Below, in pieces: positions 46,484 through 53,920 of a stretch of DNA of 64,000 bases. The DNA comes from a virus. The notes beneath the pieces were generated by a model. The model searched no databases. It was not told the origin of the DNA and saw only the letters and a program-made list of their open reading frames with translations. The DNA lies in the IMG/VR virus record IMGVR_UViG_3300043137_000327, positions 1 through 64,000 of that record, one strand, 5' to 3'. The position numbers were made by a program, and so were the translations under genes. Positions within the stretch are counted from its first letter, which is position 1; each line of letters opens with the position of its first letter.

Positions 46484-47050
46484 ATGAATTATACTATAAA
46501 CAATAATTTTTGTGATAAAACTGAAGCTAATTCTATAATTGATTTTTGTATCAAATATGGCGAACCCTTTTCATATCAACCAAACGAAGTCTGGGATTGT
46601 AGAAGAATATATGATGAATCATTTAAAACAAAAATATTAAATAAATTAATCAATTATTACAAAAATGGTGAATTCAAATTATGGTTTGATTATAATCATT
46701 TTAATGTAAAAAATTTTAATATTAGTTTAACTTCGTATTATGATGGTAGATTTTTAAACTTACATAAAGATAAAGTAAGTGAGCTAACTACTGTTATAGT
46801 TTTATCAGATGGGTTTGATGGTGGTCAATTTGCAATATCTGATAATATTAATCCATCTATTAATTTTGAAAACTTAAATGGTATTAAGACCTTCGATTTA
46901 AAATTGGGAGATTCCATATCTTTCAATGGCTCCAACGTATATCACGGAGTTTTACCGGTGACTAAAAATATACGATATGCATTAAATATTTGGATGACAG
47001 AATCAGACTACGATTATCCACCAACTAAAATTAATAAAACATTGATATGA
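46484..47050 (+). CDS. 2OG-Fe(II) oxygenase (prolyl-hydroxylase-like)
   Basis: 188-aa ORF. LHKDKVSE ... VYHGVLPV ... RYALNIW (HxD...H...R). Ends with TLI. Confidence 0.55.
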   Translation: MNYTINNNFCDKTEANSIIDFCIKYGEPFSYQPNEVWDCRRIYDESFKTKILNKLINYYKNGEFKLWFDYNHFNVKNFNISLTSYYDGRFLNLHKDKVSELTTVIVLSDGFDGGQFAISDNINPSINFENLNGIKTFDLKLGDSISFNGSNVYHGVLPVTKNIRYALNIWMTESDYDYPPTKINKTLI

Positions 47051-47694
47051 GAGTTGCAATATTGACAAGCGCAAGAAGTGGCTCTACTAGCTTATATCAT
47101 CTAATAGAAGCTCATCTAAACAAAAAAAATCACATTTGTATATCAGAACCATTTAACAATTATTGGAGAGAAAAGATAAATATACAAACGTATGATATAG
47201 ATTTTTTTGAAAATAAAGAAGATGTTTTTATTAAAACATTTGTTAGTAAATCTCAAAAGCCAAATAGTTTGTTAGATAATGAAGATGGATATTGGAATTG
47301 GTTTTTTAATTACTTTGAAAAAGTAATTTTATTAGATAGATTGGATAAGGATTTACAAAGTGAAAGTCTAGCATATCATATGAAAAAAGATGATATTCAT
47401 AGTTGGCAGAAAAAGCAAATTTATGATTTATCAATAACTACATCGGAAGAAATACAAAATAGTAAAAATATACTATTAAATGAATCCAATATGATGCACG
47501 AATTTTCTAAAAAAGGCTACCCCTTATATTATTTTGAAGATATTTTTATCAAAAAAGATAAAGGTAAAATCATTGATATTTTTAAATATTTGGATATAAA
47601 TTTGAACGAATCGATATATAATGATTATGTATATTCGGATGCGTGTAAAATTAGATTGAATATTGGAGAAACTAAATTTAAAAGTATAATATAG
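47047..47694 (+). CDS. sulfotransferase-like protein
   Basis: 215-aa ORF. N-terminal ILTSARSGSTSLYHLI (the RSGST 5'-PSB loop of Stf0-type sulfotransferases). ATGA overlap with the upstream gene. Confidence 0.4.
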   Translation: MRVAILTSARSGSTSLYHLIEAHLNKKNHICISEPFNNYWREKINIQTYDIDFFENKEDVFIKTFVSKSQKPNSLLDNEDGYWNWFFNYFEKVILLDRLDKDLQSESLAYHMKKDDIHSWQKKQIYDLSITTSEEIQNSKNILLNESNMMHEFSKKGYPLYYFEDIFIKKDKGKIIDIFKYLDINLNESIYNDYVYSDACKIRLNIGETKFKSII

Positions 47695-47711
47695 AAATCT
47701 AATATATTATA

Positions 47712-47743
47712 TTTGGTATTGTCACAAATTTTTACTATATTTG
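47712..47743 (+). promoter_or_regulatory. Bacteroidetes-type promoter, class B, giving a leaderless mRNA
   Basis: TTTG 47712-47715, TATATTTG 47736-47743. ATG at 47749. Confidence 0.45.
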
Positions 47744-47748
47744 TGACT

Positions 47749-48072
47749 ATGATAATAGTACCCGAAACACCCATAACAGACATTAGTTTCCAAAAATGGA
47801 ACAATTGTATTAGAATTGATTTAAAAGATGAAGAATTGGATGAATCATTCCACTACTATGTAATCCCATTATTAAATGTAAGCCAAGAAGAATTAGAAGA
47901 ATCACTCGATAGTATTCCCGCATTGTGGTCATCCGAATCAAATGAGTTCGAATCTGAAGAGGGAGTTACCCTATATACTATGCGTTTATTCGATGAAGAT
48001 ATGCCAGAATTGACTACTGAAGAGGAGGTTGAAATACTTTATAAAATTTTAACAAAAAAAGACCTCTATTAA
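47749..48072 (+). CDS. hypothetical acidic protein
   Basis: The ORF-track start (TTG at 47713) lies in the promoter. Trimmed to the ATG at 47749. Confidence 0.4.
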   Translation: MIIVPETPITDISFQKWNNCIRIDLKDEELDESFHYYVIPLLNVSQEELEESLDSIPALWSSESNEFESEEGVTLYTMRLFDEDMPELTTEEEVEILYKILTKKDLY

Positions 48073-48104
48073 TTTGGAAATTTGAAAAAAATTTTGTATA
48101 TTTG
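48073..48104 (+). promoter_or_regulatory. Bacteroidetes-type promoter, class B
   Basis: TTTG 48073-48076, TATATTTG 48097-48104. About 75-nt leader before the HD gene. Confidence 0.45.
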
Positions 48105-48182
48105 AGGTATCTTTTTATTATTACTATAAAGCAGACAGCACATAAGCACTAAAAGATTAAATAAAACTTAAATAAATAAAAA

Positions 48183-48830
48183 ATGAAACAAAAGACAGAA
48201 AAAGAACTGAAAGATAATTACGAGAGGTTTATTGCTATTATCAAAAAGTATTTTACAGGAGACAGATTAGAAAAACTTCTTTTTATGTATTCTGAAAATG
48301 AGTTAGGAGTAAATCTTGCAATAGCACCAGCAAGTGGTAATGTAGGTTATCATAATTGCTATACAGGTGGATACATTGACCATATTTTTAATGTTTGTAA
48401 AAACTCTCTTAGAGTAAAAGAATTATTTATTAGTTTAGGAGGTAAAGTAGATTTTACAGATGAAGAATTAATATTTTGTGCATTACATCACGATTTAGGT
48501 AAATTAGGTTCTAAAGGTAAACCATATTATATAATAAATCCATCAGATTGGCACGTTAAGAATCAGGGTAAAGTATTTACACCAAACCCAGAATTATCAC
48601 ATATGACTCATACTGATAGAACTATGTTTTTATTACAGCAATATAATATTCAGGTTACCGAAGCAGAATATTTTGGTATGAAATTAACCGATGGGTTATA
48701 TGATGAAGATAATGCCAAATATTTAAAAGTATTTGATATCAGTAAGAGAATGAAATACAAAATTCCTTATATCATGCATTGGGCAGACCATATGAGTACC
48801 GTTATAGAATCGCAAGATAATGATTTATAA
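48183..48830 (+). CDS. HD-domain phosphohydrolase
   Basis: 215-aa ORF with GYIDHIFNV (H) and CALHHDLGKLG (HD). Confidence 0.5.
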   Translation: MKQKTEKELKDNYERFIAIIKKYFTGDRLEKLLFMYSENELGVNLAIAPASGNVGYHNCYTGGYIDHIFNVCKNSLRVKELFISLGGKVDFTDEELIFCALHHDLGKLGSKGKPYYIINPSDWHVKNQGKVFTPNPELSHMTHTDRTMFLLQQYNIQVTEAEYFGMKLTDGLYDEDNAKYLKVFDISKRMKYKIPYIMHWADHMSTVIESQDNDL

Positions 48831-48856
48831 TGACAATTTGTCAAAATATATTTAAA

Positions 48857-48885
48857 AAGTATGACTAATCGTCATACTTTTTTTA
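48857..48885 (+). terminator. Rho-independent terminator (aagtatgac / gtcatactt + T7)
   Basis: 9-bp perfect stem, 5-nt loop, T-run. Confidence 0.8.
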
Positions 48886-48941
48886 TTGGTATAAAAGTTG
48901 TAATATATAACTTATATTTTTTAAACTAAAACAAAACTATT

Positions 48942-49328
48942 ATGCATTCAACGAATTTAAATCACTTAATTGACAGGTTATTCGATACTCAATTACCTTC
49001 AACGTATTCATCTACAAAATATACATCAACTATTACGGATTACGATGTAAAGCAATCGGAAGATGGTAAACAACAATTAACATTAAGCGTTTTAGGACAC
49101 GATGTTAAGAATATCAAATTAGATGTTACCGAAGATACGGTAACAATTAAAGCAAAAAAAGAAGAAGGAAGCTCTACGTTAGTTGAAGATATCGATGCTA
49201 CATTTAGTGTAGGTAAAGATTACGATGGAACTAAAACTGAAGCTAAATTTTCCAATGGGTTACTTATTTTAACAATTGATAAGAAAGAAGAAAGGAAGAG
49301 TAAATCTATCCAAATTAAAGTTGGATAA
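48942..49328 (+). CDS. small heat-shock protein (Hsp20/alpha-crystallin domain)
   Basis: 128-aa ORF. ...LTLSVLGHDVKNIKLDVTEDTVTIKAKK...EAKFSNGLLILTIDKK matches the ACD beta-sandwich pattern (...LPG...I.V...L.I...F.LP...A...NGVL.I..PK). Confidence 0.55.
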   Translation: MHSTNLNHLIDRLFDTQLPSTYSSTKYTSTITDYDVKQSEDGKQQLTLSVLGHDVKNIKLDVTEDTVTIKAKKEEGSSTLVEDIDATFSVGKDYDGTKTEAKFSNGLLILTIDKKEERKSKSIQIKVG

Positions 49329-49384
49329 TTCGATTTTTTATCGTATCTTTGAAGGGTGGTAGCGTGTAGTTATCACCTTTTTTT
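49321..49384 (+). promoter_or_regulatory. promoter (TTGG...TATCTTTG) immediately followed by a hairpin + T-run. Either the terminator for the Hsp20 gene or an attenuator
   Basis: TTGG 49321-49324, TATCTTTG 49344-49351, conserved AGGGTGG at +1, then stem agggtgg/tcacctt and TTTTTTT (49353-49384). Confidence 0.4.
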
Positions 49385-49404
49385 ATTTAAAAATACTTAT
49401 TAGT

Positions 49405-49581
49405 ATGATATACAACGAGAAAATACAAATGTTATTAGAATCTTTAGATGGAAAATTAAGGATTTTACAAAACGGAATTACGGGTGCACAACACATGTCA
49501 CCATCTGAAGCTCACACTACATTAGAAGATGCTAGAAAGATAGTGGAACGTATCTCCGAATTGACGAGAATAAATAGATAA
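49405..49581 (+). CDS. hypothetical small protein (58 aa)
   Basis: Unannotated ORF MIYNEKIQMLLESLDGKLRILQNGITGAQHMSPSEAHTTLEDARKIVERISELTRINR. Its stop abuts the next ATG. Confidence 0.35.
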   Translation: MIYNEKIQMLLESLDGKLRILQNGITGAQHMSPSEAHTTLEDARKIVERISELTRINR

Positions 49582-49582
49582 T

Positions 49583-50674
49583 ATGAATTGGCTTAAATTT
49601 TTAGTCGGATTATCTGCACTAATTATCGCCGGATGTGCAGCATATTTCTCCGTAACAGGCTTAGGCGTTCTATTCGCAGGCGCATCTATATCTGTAATGG
49701 TGATGGCTAGTTCTTTGGAATTGGCTAAATTAGTTGCGGCAACATATCTTAAACAAAAATGGGATGAATTGCAGGGATTTAACAAATGGTATTTAACTAT
49801 TTCAGTTGGAGTACTTATGTTAATTACTTCGGCAGGAATTTTTGGGTATCTATCAAATGCTTTCCAAGCACAATCTCTTCAATTACAACAAGTAGATAGA
49901 GAAATAGCCGTTCATCAAACAAAAATTGAGCAAAATACGGCTCAAATTACCCAACTTTCTACTCAAATTACCGAATTCAACGCCAATCAGGGTAAAATAT
50001 TAGATGGTGGCAAGGTAAACTCTCGTCTTATTCGTTCAATCGATAATAGAGATAAGCAAATTGCCAAAATTAATGATAAAATTTCCAATTTACAAACTGA
50101 AAATGCTCAGGAAACCGAAAAAATCAATCAAATTAAGATTTCTAATTTAGATTTAGAAAAAGAAGTTGGTGGATTCCGTTTTGTTGCCGAAGCATTTGGT
50201 ATGGAATTGAAAAATGTTGTAAAATTCTTCATATTTTTGATTGTAATCGTATTTGACCCGTTAGCAGTAGCGTTAATTATCGCTTTTAATGGTTTAGTTT
50301 CAGATAAAAAGAAACAACAAAGAGAGATTTTAACCGAAATGATGGAAAATGATGAAAAATTAGGTTTATACGAGGTATATGGTGATACCAAAGAAGATAT
50401 AGTGGAAAATATTCCACAAAATATTGAAGATAATGGAAAAAATTTACCAATTGAAGAAGAAAATGAAATTATAGTGGAAAATACTCCACAAGAAGAAGAA
50501 TCTATCCCTACTCTAAAATGGGAAGAATTTATGCATCCCGAATACCCTTGGGATAATAAAAAACTTTGGATTAATAACCCAAAAGCGGTTCAATATTGGT
50601 TAAACACCAAAGGAGGTTCGGTTCGTGAACTCAACAAAATCAAAAACGATACGGACAACATAAAAACATATTAA
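49583..50674 (+). CDS. membrane-anchored coiled-coil protein
   Basis: 363-aa ORF with two N-terminal TM helices, a Q/I-rich coiled coil, a third TM helix and an acidic C-terminus. Confidence 0.5.
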   Translation: MNWLKFLVGLSALIIAGCAAYFSVTGLGVLFAGASISVMVMASSLELAKLVAATYLKQKWDELQGFNKWYLTISVGVLMLITSAGIFGYLSNAFQAQSLQLQQVDREIAVHQTKIEQNTAQITQLSTQITEFNANQGKILDGGKVNSRLIRSIDNRDKQIAKINDKISNLQTENAQETEKINQIKISNLDLEKEVGGFRFVAEAFGMELKNVVKFFIFLIVIVFDPLAVALIIAFNGLVSDKKKQQREILTEMMENDEKLGLYEVYGDTKEDIVENIPQNIEDNGKNLPIEEENEIIVENTPQEEESIPTLKWEEFMHPEYPWDNKKLWINNPKAVQYWLNTKGGSVRELNKIKNDTDNIKTY

Positions 50675-50678
50675 AATA

Positions 50679-50710
50679 TTTGGTTTTTTCATAATTTTTG
50701 TTTATATTTG
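50679..50710 (+). promoter_or_regulatory. Bacteroidetes-type promoter upstream of uvdE
   Basis: TTTG 50679-50682, TATATTTG 50703-50710. Confidence 0.45.
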
Positions 50711-50735
50711 TTAAATAACATTTAAACTTTAAAAT

Positions 50736-51683
50736 ATGAATTTAGGTTACGCTTGTATTAATATGTCAATGGGTAAAAAAGTTACCACAAATCGTACTAT
50801 GGTTAAACGCACTTTCAATGAGAAGGGTTTGGATTATGTATCCGAACTTGCATTACTCAACGCAAAGGATGTTATCCGAATATTAGAATGGAATAGATTA
50901 AATAATATATATTTCTTTCGATTATCATCTGCTCTTATTCCTTGGGGCGATAATATTGATATTACTCAATTAAAAGATTACAACGCAATTAAATTCGAAT
51001 TGAAGAAAGCCGGTGATTACGCTAAACTTCATAATATTCGTATTACATCACATCCCGGCCCATTCAACGTATTAGTTTCACCAAGCGAATCGGTAGTTCT
51101 TAAAACTATCGCTGATTTAGAATTGCATGGTAAAGTGTTTGATATGATGGGATTATCTCAAACTCCATACAATAAGATTAATATCCATTGTAATGGTGTT
51201 TACGGAGATAAAAAATCTGCATTGGATAGATTCATCAAAAACTTCCAAAGACTCTCTAAATCGGTTCAAAATCGATTAACAATAGAGAATGATGATAAAG
51301 CATCTATGTACTCTGTTAAGGATTTAATGTATGTACATAATGCAATTGGTATTCCTATTGTATTCGATTATCATCACCACACATTTTGTACAGGCGATTT
51401 AACCGAACAACAGGCATTAGCACTCGCAGTATCGACTTGGCCTAAAGATATTACGCCGGTAGTACATTATTCGGAATCGAAAGCATTGCACGAAAATAAC
51501 GCAAAAGAAAAACCACAAGCTCACTCATTATACATTAATTCACTTCCTAATACATACGGATTGAATGTAGATATAATGGTTGAAGCCAAAGCTAAAGAAT
51601 TAGCTATATTACCTTATTTAAAAAACAAAATCAATGAAAAGAAAGTACGCAATGTTCATCGGGAGATGGCAGAATTGGCATAG
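50736..51683 (+). CDS. uvsE: UV DNA damage endonuclease (UvdE/UvsE)
   Basis: 315-aa ORF with strong block similarity to UvsE: RLSSALIPW (RFSSSIVP), ITSHPGPFNVL (TSFHPNQF), INIHCNGVYGDK (INIHIGGAYGNK), TIENDDKASMYS (TLENDDKTYT), VFDYHHH (VFDFHHF), DIMVEAKAKE (DFMIEAKQKD). Confidence 0.85.
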   Translation: MNLGYACINMSMGKKVTTNRTMVKRTFNEKGLDYVSELALLNAKDVIRILEWNRLNNIYFFRLSSALIPWGDNIDITQLKDYNAIKFELKKAGDYAKLHNIRITSHPGPFNVLVSPSESVVLKTIADLELHGKVFDMMGLSQTPYNKINIHCNGVYGDKKSALDRFIKNFQRLSKSVQNRLTIENDDKASMYSVKDLMYVHNAIGIPIVFDYHHHTFCTGDLTEQQALALAVSTWPKDITPVVHYSESKALHENNAKEKPQAHSLYINSLPNTYGLNVDIMVEAKAKELAILPYLKNKINEKKVRNVHREMAELA

Positions 51684-52014
51684 TGGACATGAATGGTTAA
51701 TTAACCAACAATTGGAAAAAGGAAATGATGTTTGGGTAGCAATTAGAGATGTACCTGAAGATGAGAATAATCCAAAATCAGCACATAAAGTTATGTTAGA
51801 TTTAATGGAAGAACCATTTTTCCAAAATAACTTTGATAAGATTTTATTATCAATTATTCCCGATATCGAATCGGTAAACTATGGTAGAGGTGTAGGTTAT
51901 GATGTAATCTATCACGAACCACCAACTGAAATTGCTACAATTAGTGGAACTGCTATTAGAACGGGCCATATGAAATCGGATGGAACTATCACTTATGATA
52001 AAAGCAAAGGATAA
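51652..52014 (+). CDS. HxGH cytidylyltransferase-fold nucleotidyltransferase (NMN adenylyltransferase-like)
   Basis: Motif MFIGRWQNWHSGHEWLI matches the (F/Y)xGRFQPxHxGH signature of NadM/NMNAT-type enzymes. It overlaps the 3' end of uvdE in another frame. Confidence 0.45.
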   Translation: MFIGRWQNWHSGHEWLINQQLEKGNDVWVAIRDVPEDENNPKSAHKVMLDLMEEPFFQNNFDKILLSIIPDIESVNYGRGVGYDVIYHEPPTEIATISGTAIRTGHMKSDGTITYDKSKG

Positions 52015-52265
52015 TGGTAGTAGAACGTAAAAGACACATAGCTAAAACCATTTCATATCGTATTGTAAGTACCTTAATTGGATTCTTATTAATGTGGTTA
52101 ATTAGTGGTTCAGTTAAAGTTGGAGCCGCTTTTGGGATAGCAGAATTAGTTTACAAACCCATCCAATATTATCTTCACGAAAGAGTATGGTATAAATGGA
52201 TTAAATATGGATTAAAAATCGAACAAAATGGAAAATCAGCAAGGAAAAACAAACAAACAAATTAA
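52014..52265 (+). CDS. hypothetical membrane protein
   Basis: 83-aa ORF. Confidence 0.4.
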   Translation: MVVERKRHIAKTISYRIVSTLIGFLLMWLISGSVKVGAAFGIAELVYKPIQYYLHERVWYKWIKYGLKIEQNGKSARKNKQTN

Positions 52266-52344
52266 ATATTCAGAAGATGTATCATTTTACTCTTTAATAG
52301 GATTGGTGATAACATTATTGATTACAATATTAATAAAATAAAAT

Positions 52345-52980
52345 ATGAAACTAATCGTTGACAAACAAAAAAATGGATTAACTAACCCTGAATTTACAAA
52401 ATACTTAAAAAATCGAGTAGAAAAATCCGAATTAACTCAATTTGAGGCAGATATACTAAGAGATACCCTATTTGCCGCATTAAAGGGAATGGGTGGCGTT
52501 GGATTATCTGCAAACCAAATTGGAGTTAATAAAAGAGCTTGTGTTATTAAATTTAATGATACTGAATTATTTTTATTAAATCCAATCATAACAGAGCGTT
52601 CTAAAGATGGATTCATATTCTATGAAGGATGTCTTTCAATTCCCGATTCAATAAAAAAGCCAATAAGAACAATTCGTTCCAACTATGTTGTAGTTCAAAC
52701 TGATAATTTAGGTGAACTTAGATTTGAGATTAATCCAGAGGAAGATAGAGTAGGAGATGCGGTATCTGAAGATACTATGAAAACAGTTATCGTTCAGCAT
52801 GAAATTGACCACTTAGATGGAATCACAATTAAAGATAGAGTCTATTCAACAACTGTTGTTAAAAAGCAAGAGTATGGTAGAAATGATAAAGTTATAATGA
52901 AATCGCCAGATGGGGAACTAATTGAGGTCAAAGTTAAAAAAGCAAACAATTATTTTTTACAAGGATACGAAATAGTATAA
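52345..52980 (+). CDS. def: peptide deformylase
   Basis: 211-aa ORF with all three PDF motifs: GVGLSANQIG, EGCLSIPD and VQHEIDHLDG. Confidence 0.85.
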   Translation: MKLIVDKQKNGLTNPEFTKYLKNRVEKSELTQFEADILRDTLFAALKGMGGVGLSANQIGVNKRACVIKFNDTELFLLNPIITERSKDGFIFYEGCLSIPDSIKKPIRTIRSNYVVVQTDNLGELRFEINPEEDRVGDAVSEDTMKTVIVQHEIDHLDGITIKDRVYSTTVVKKQEYGRNDKVIMKSPDGELIEVKVKKANNYFLQGYEIV

Positions 52981-52981
52981 T

Positions 52982-53224
52982 ATGGAAATAGTAATAATTT
53001 TTTTAGTTGTGTTATTATGTGCAGCTGGATATACAATATTTAATATTCTAAATAAATTGGAAAAATATGAAGATTTTTTAGAAGAGGAATTACAAAGAAA
53101 CGAAGCATTGCTGGAAGCATTAAGAGAAATTGATTCTCGTGAAATGTTTGAGAAGGATGATGAAGTAGGTTCTATATTTTATCAAATAAAAGAAACTATC
53201 GAAAGATTCAAACAATTTAATTAA
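52982..53224 (+). CDS. hypothetical protein with N-terminal TM helix
   Basis: 80-aa ORF. Confidence 0.4.
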   Translation: MEIVIIFLVVLLCAAGYTIFNILNKLEKYEDFLEEELQRNEALLEALREIDSREMFEKDDEVGSIFYQIKETIERFKQFN

Positions 53225-53226
53225 AA

Positions 53227-53916
53227 ATGCCAAGAAAAGCCAAAAGTAAACAATACTTCACAAAAGATACCGAAGATGCAATTGTAGAGTACAACTCAAC
53301 AGAAGACCAACGTATTAAAGACAAAATTTATAAAGATAGAATTAAACCTGCGTTTGACAAACTTGCAGAAATAGTTTATAATAAATGGAAATTTACATAT
53401 TTCGATGATGACCCACAAGATGTAATGTGTGAGGTTGTTGCATTTATGATTGAAAAAATTCATATGTATAAAGCCGGAAAAGGTAAAGCATTTAGTTATT
53501 TCACCATTGTAGCCCGAAACTATCTTATTTTAAACAATAATTCAAATTATAAGAGATATAAAAATACCGATGTAATGTCGTCTTTGCCAGATAATTGGGA
53601 TACCGAAAACAATTGGGCAGAGGAAGTTCGTAATGATGAATATAGAACATTCAATGATAGAATGTTATTGTATTGGGATACACATTTGGAAAACTATTTT
53701 CAAAAGAAAAGAGATATTCAGATAGCAGATGCGGTATTGGAATTATTTAGAAGAGCAAATTATATCGAAAGTTTCAACAAAAAATCATTATATCTACTTA
53801 TTAGAGAAATGACAGGTTACCCAACTCATTATATAACAAAGGTTGTTAATAAAATGAAAGAAAAACAAATGGCTCTTTATAATGAATTTGATAAAGTGGG
53901 TGACATAAAAATTTAA
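53227..53916 (+). CDS. hypothetical protein, possibly a phage sigma-factor-like transcription regulator
   Basis: 229-aa ORF. The segment AFSYFTIVARNYLI loosely resembles sigma-70 region 2.x (FSTYA.WWIR). Located just before the structural gene block, which lacks TTTG/TAnnTTTG promoters. Confidence 0.25.
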   Translation: MPRKAKSKQYFTKDTEDAIVEYNSTEDQRIKDKIYKDRIKPAFDKLAEIVYNKWKFTYFDDDPQDVMCEVVAFMIEKIHMYKAGKGKAFSYFTIVARNYLILNNNSNYKRYKNTDVMSSLPDNWDTENNWAEEVRNDEYRTFNDRMLLYWDTHLENYFQKKRDIQIADAVLELFRRANYIESFNKKSLYLLIREMTGYPTHYITKVVNKMKEKQMALYNEFDKVGDIKI

Positions 53917-53920
53917 TATT

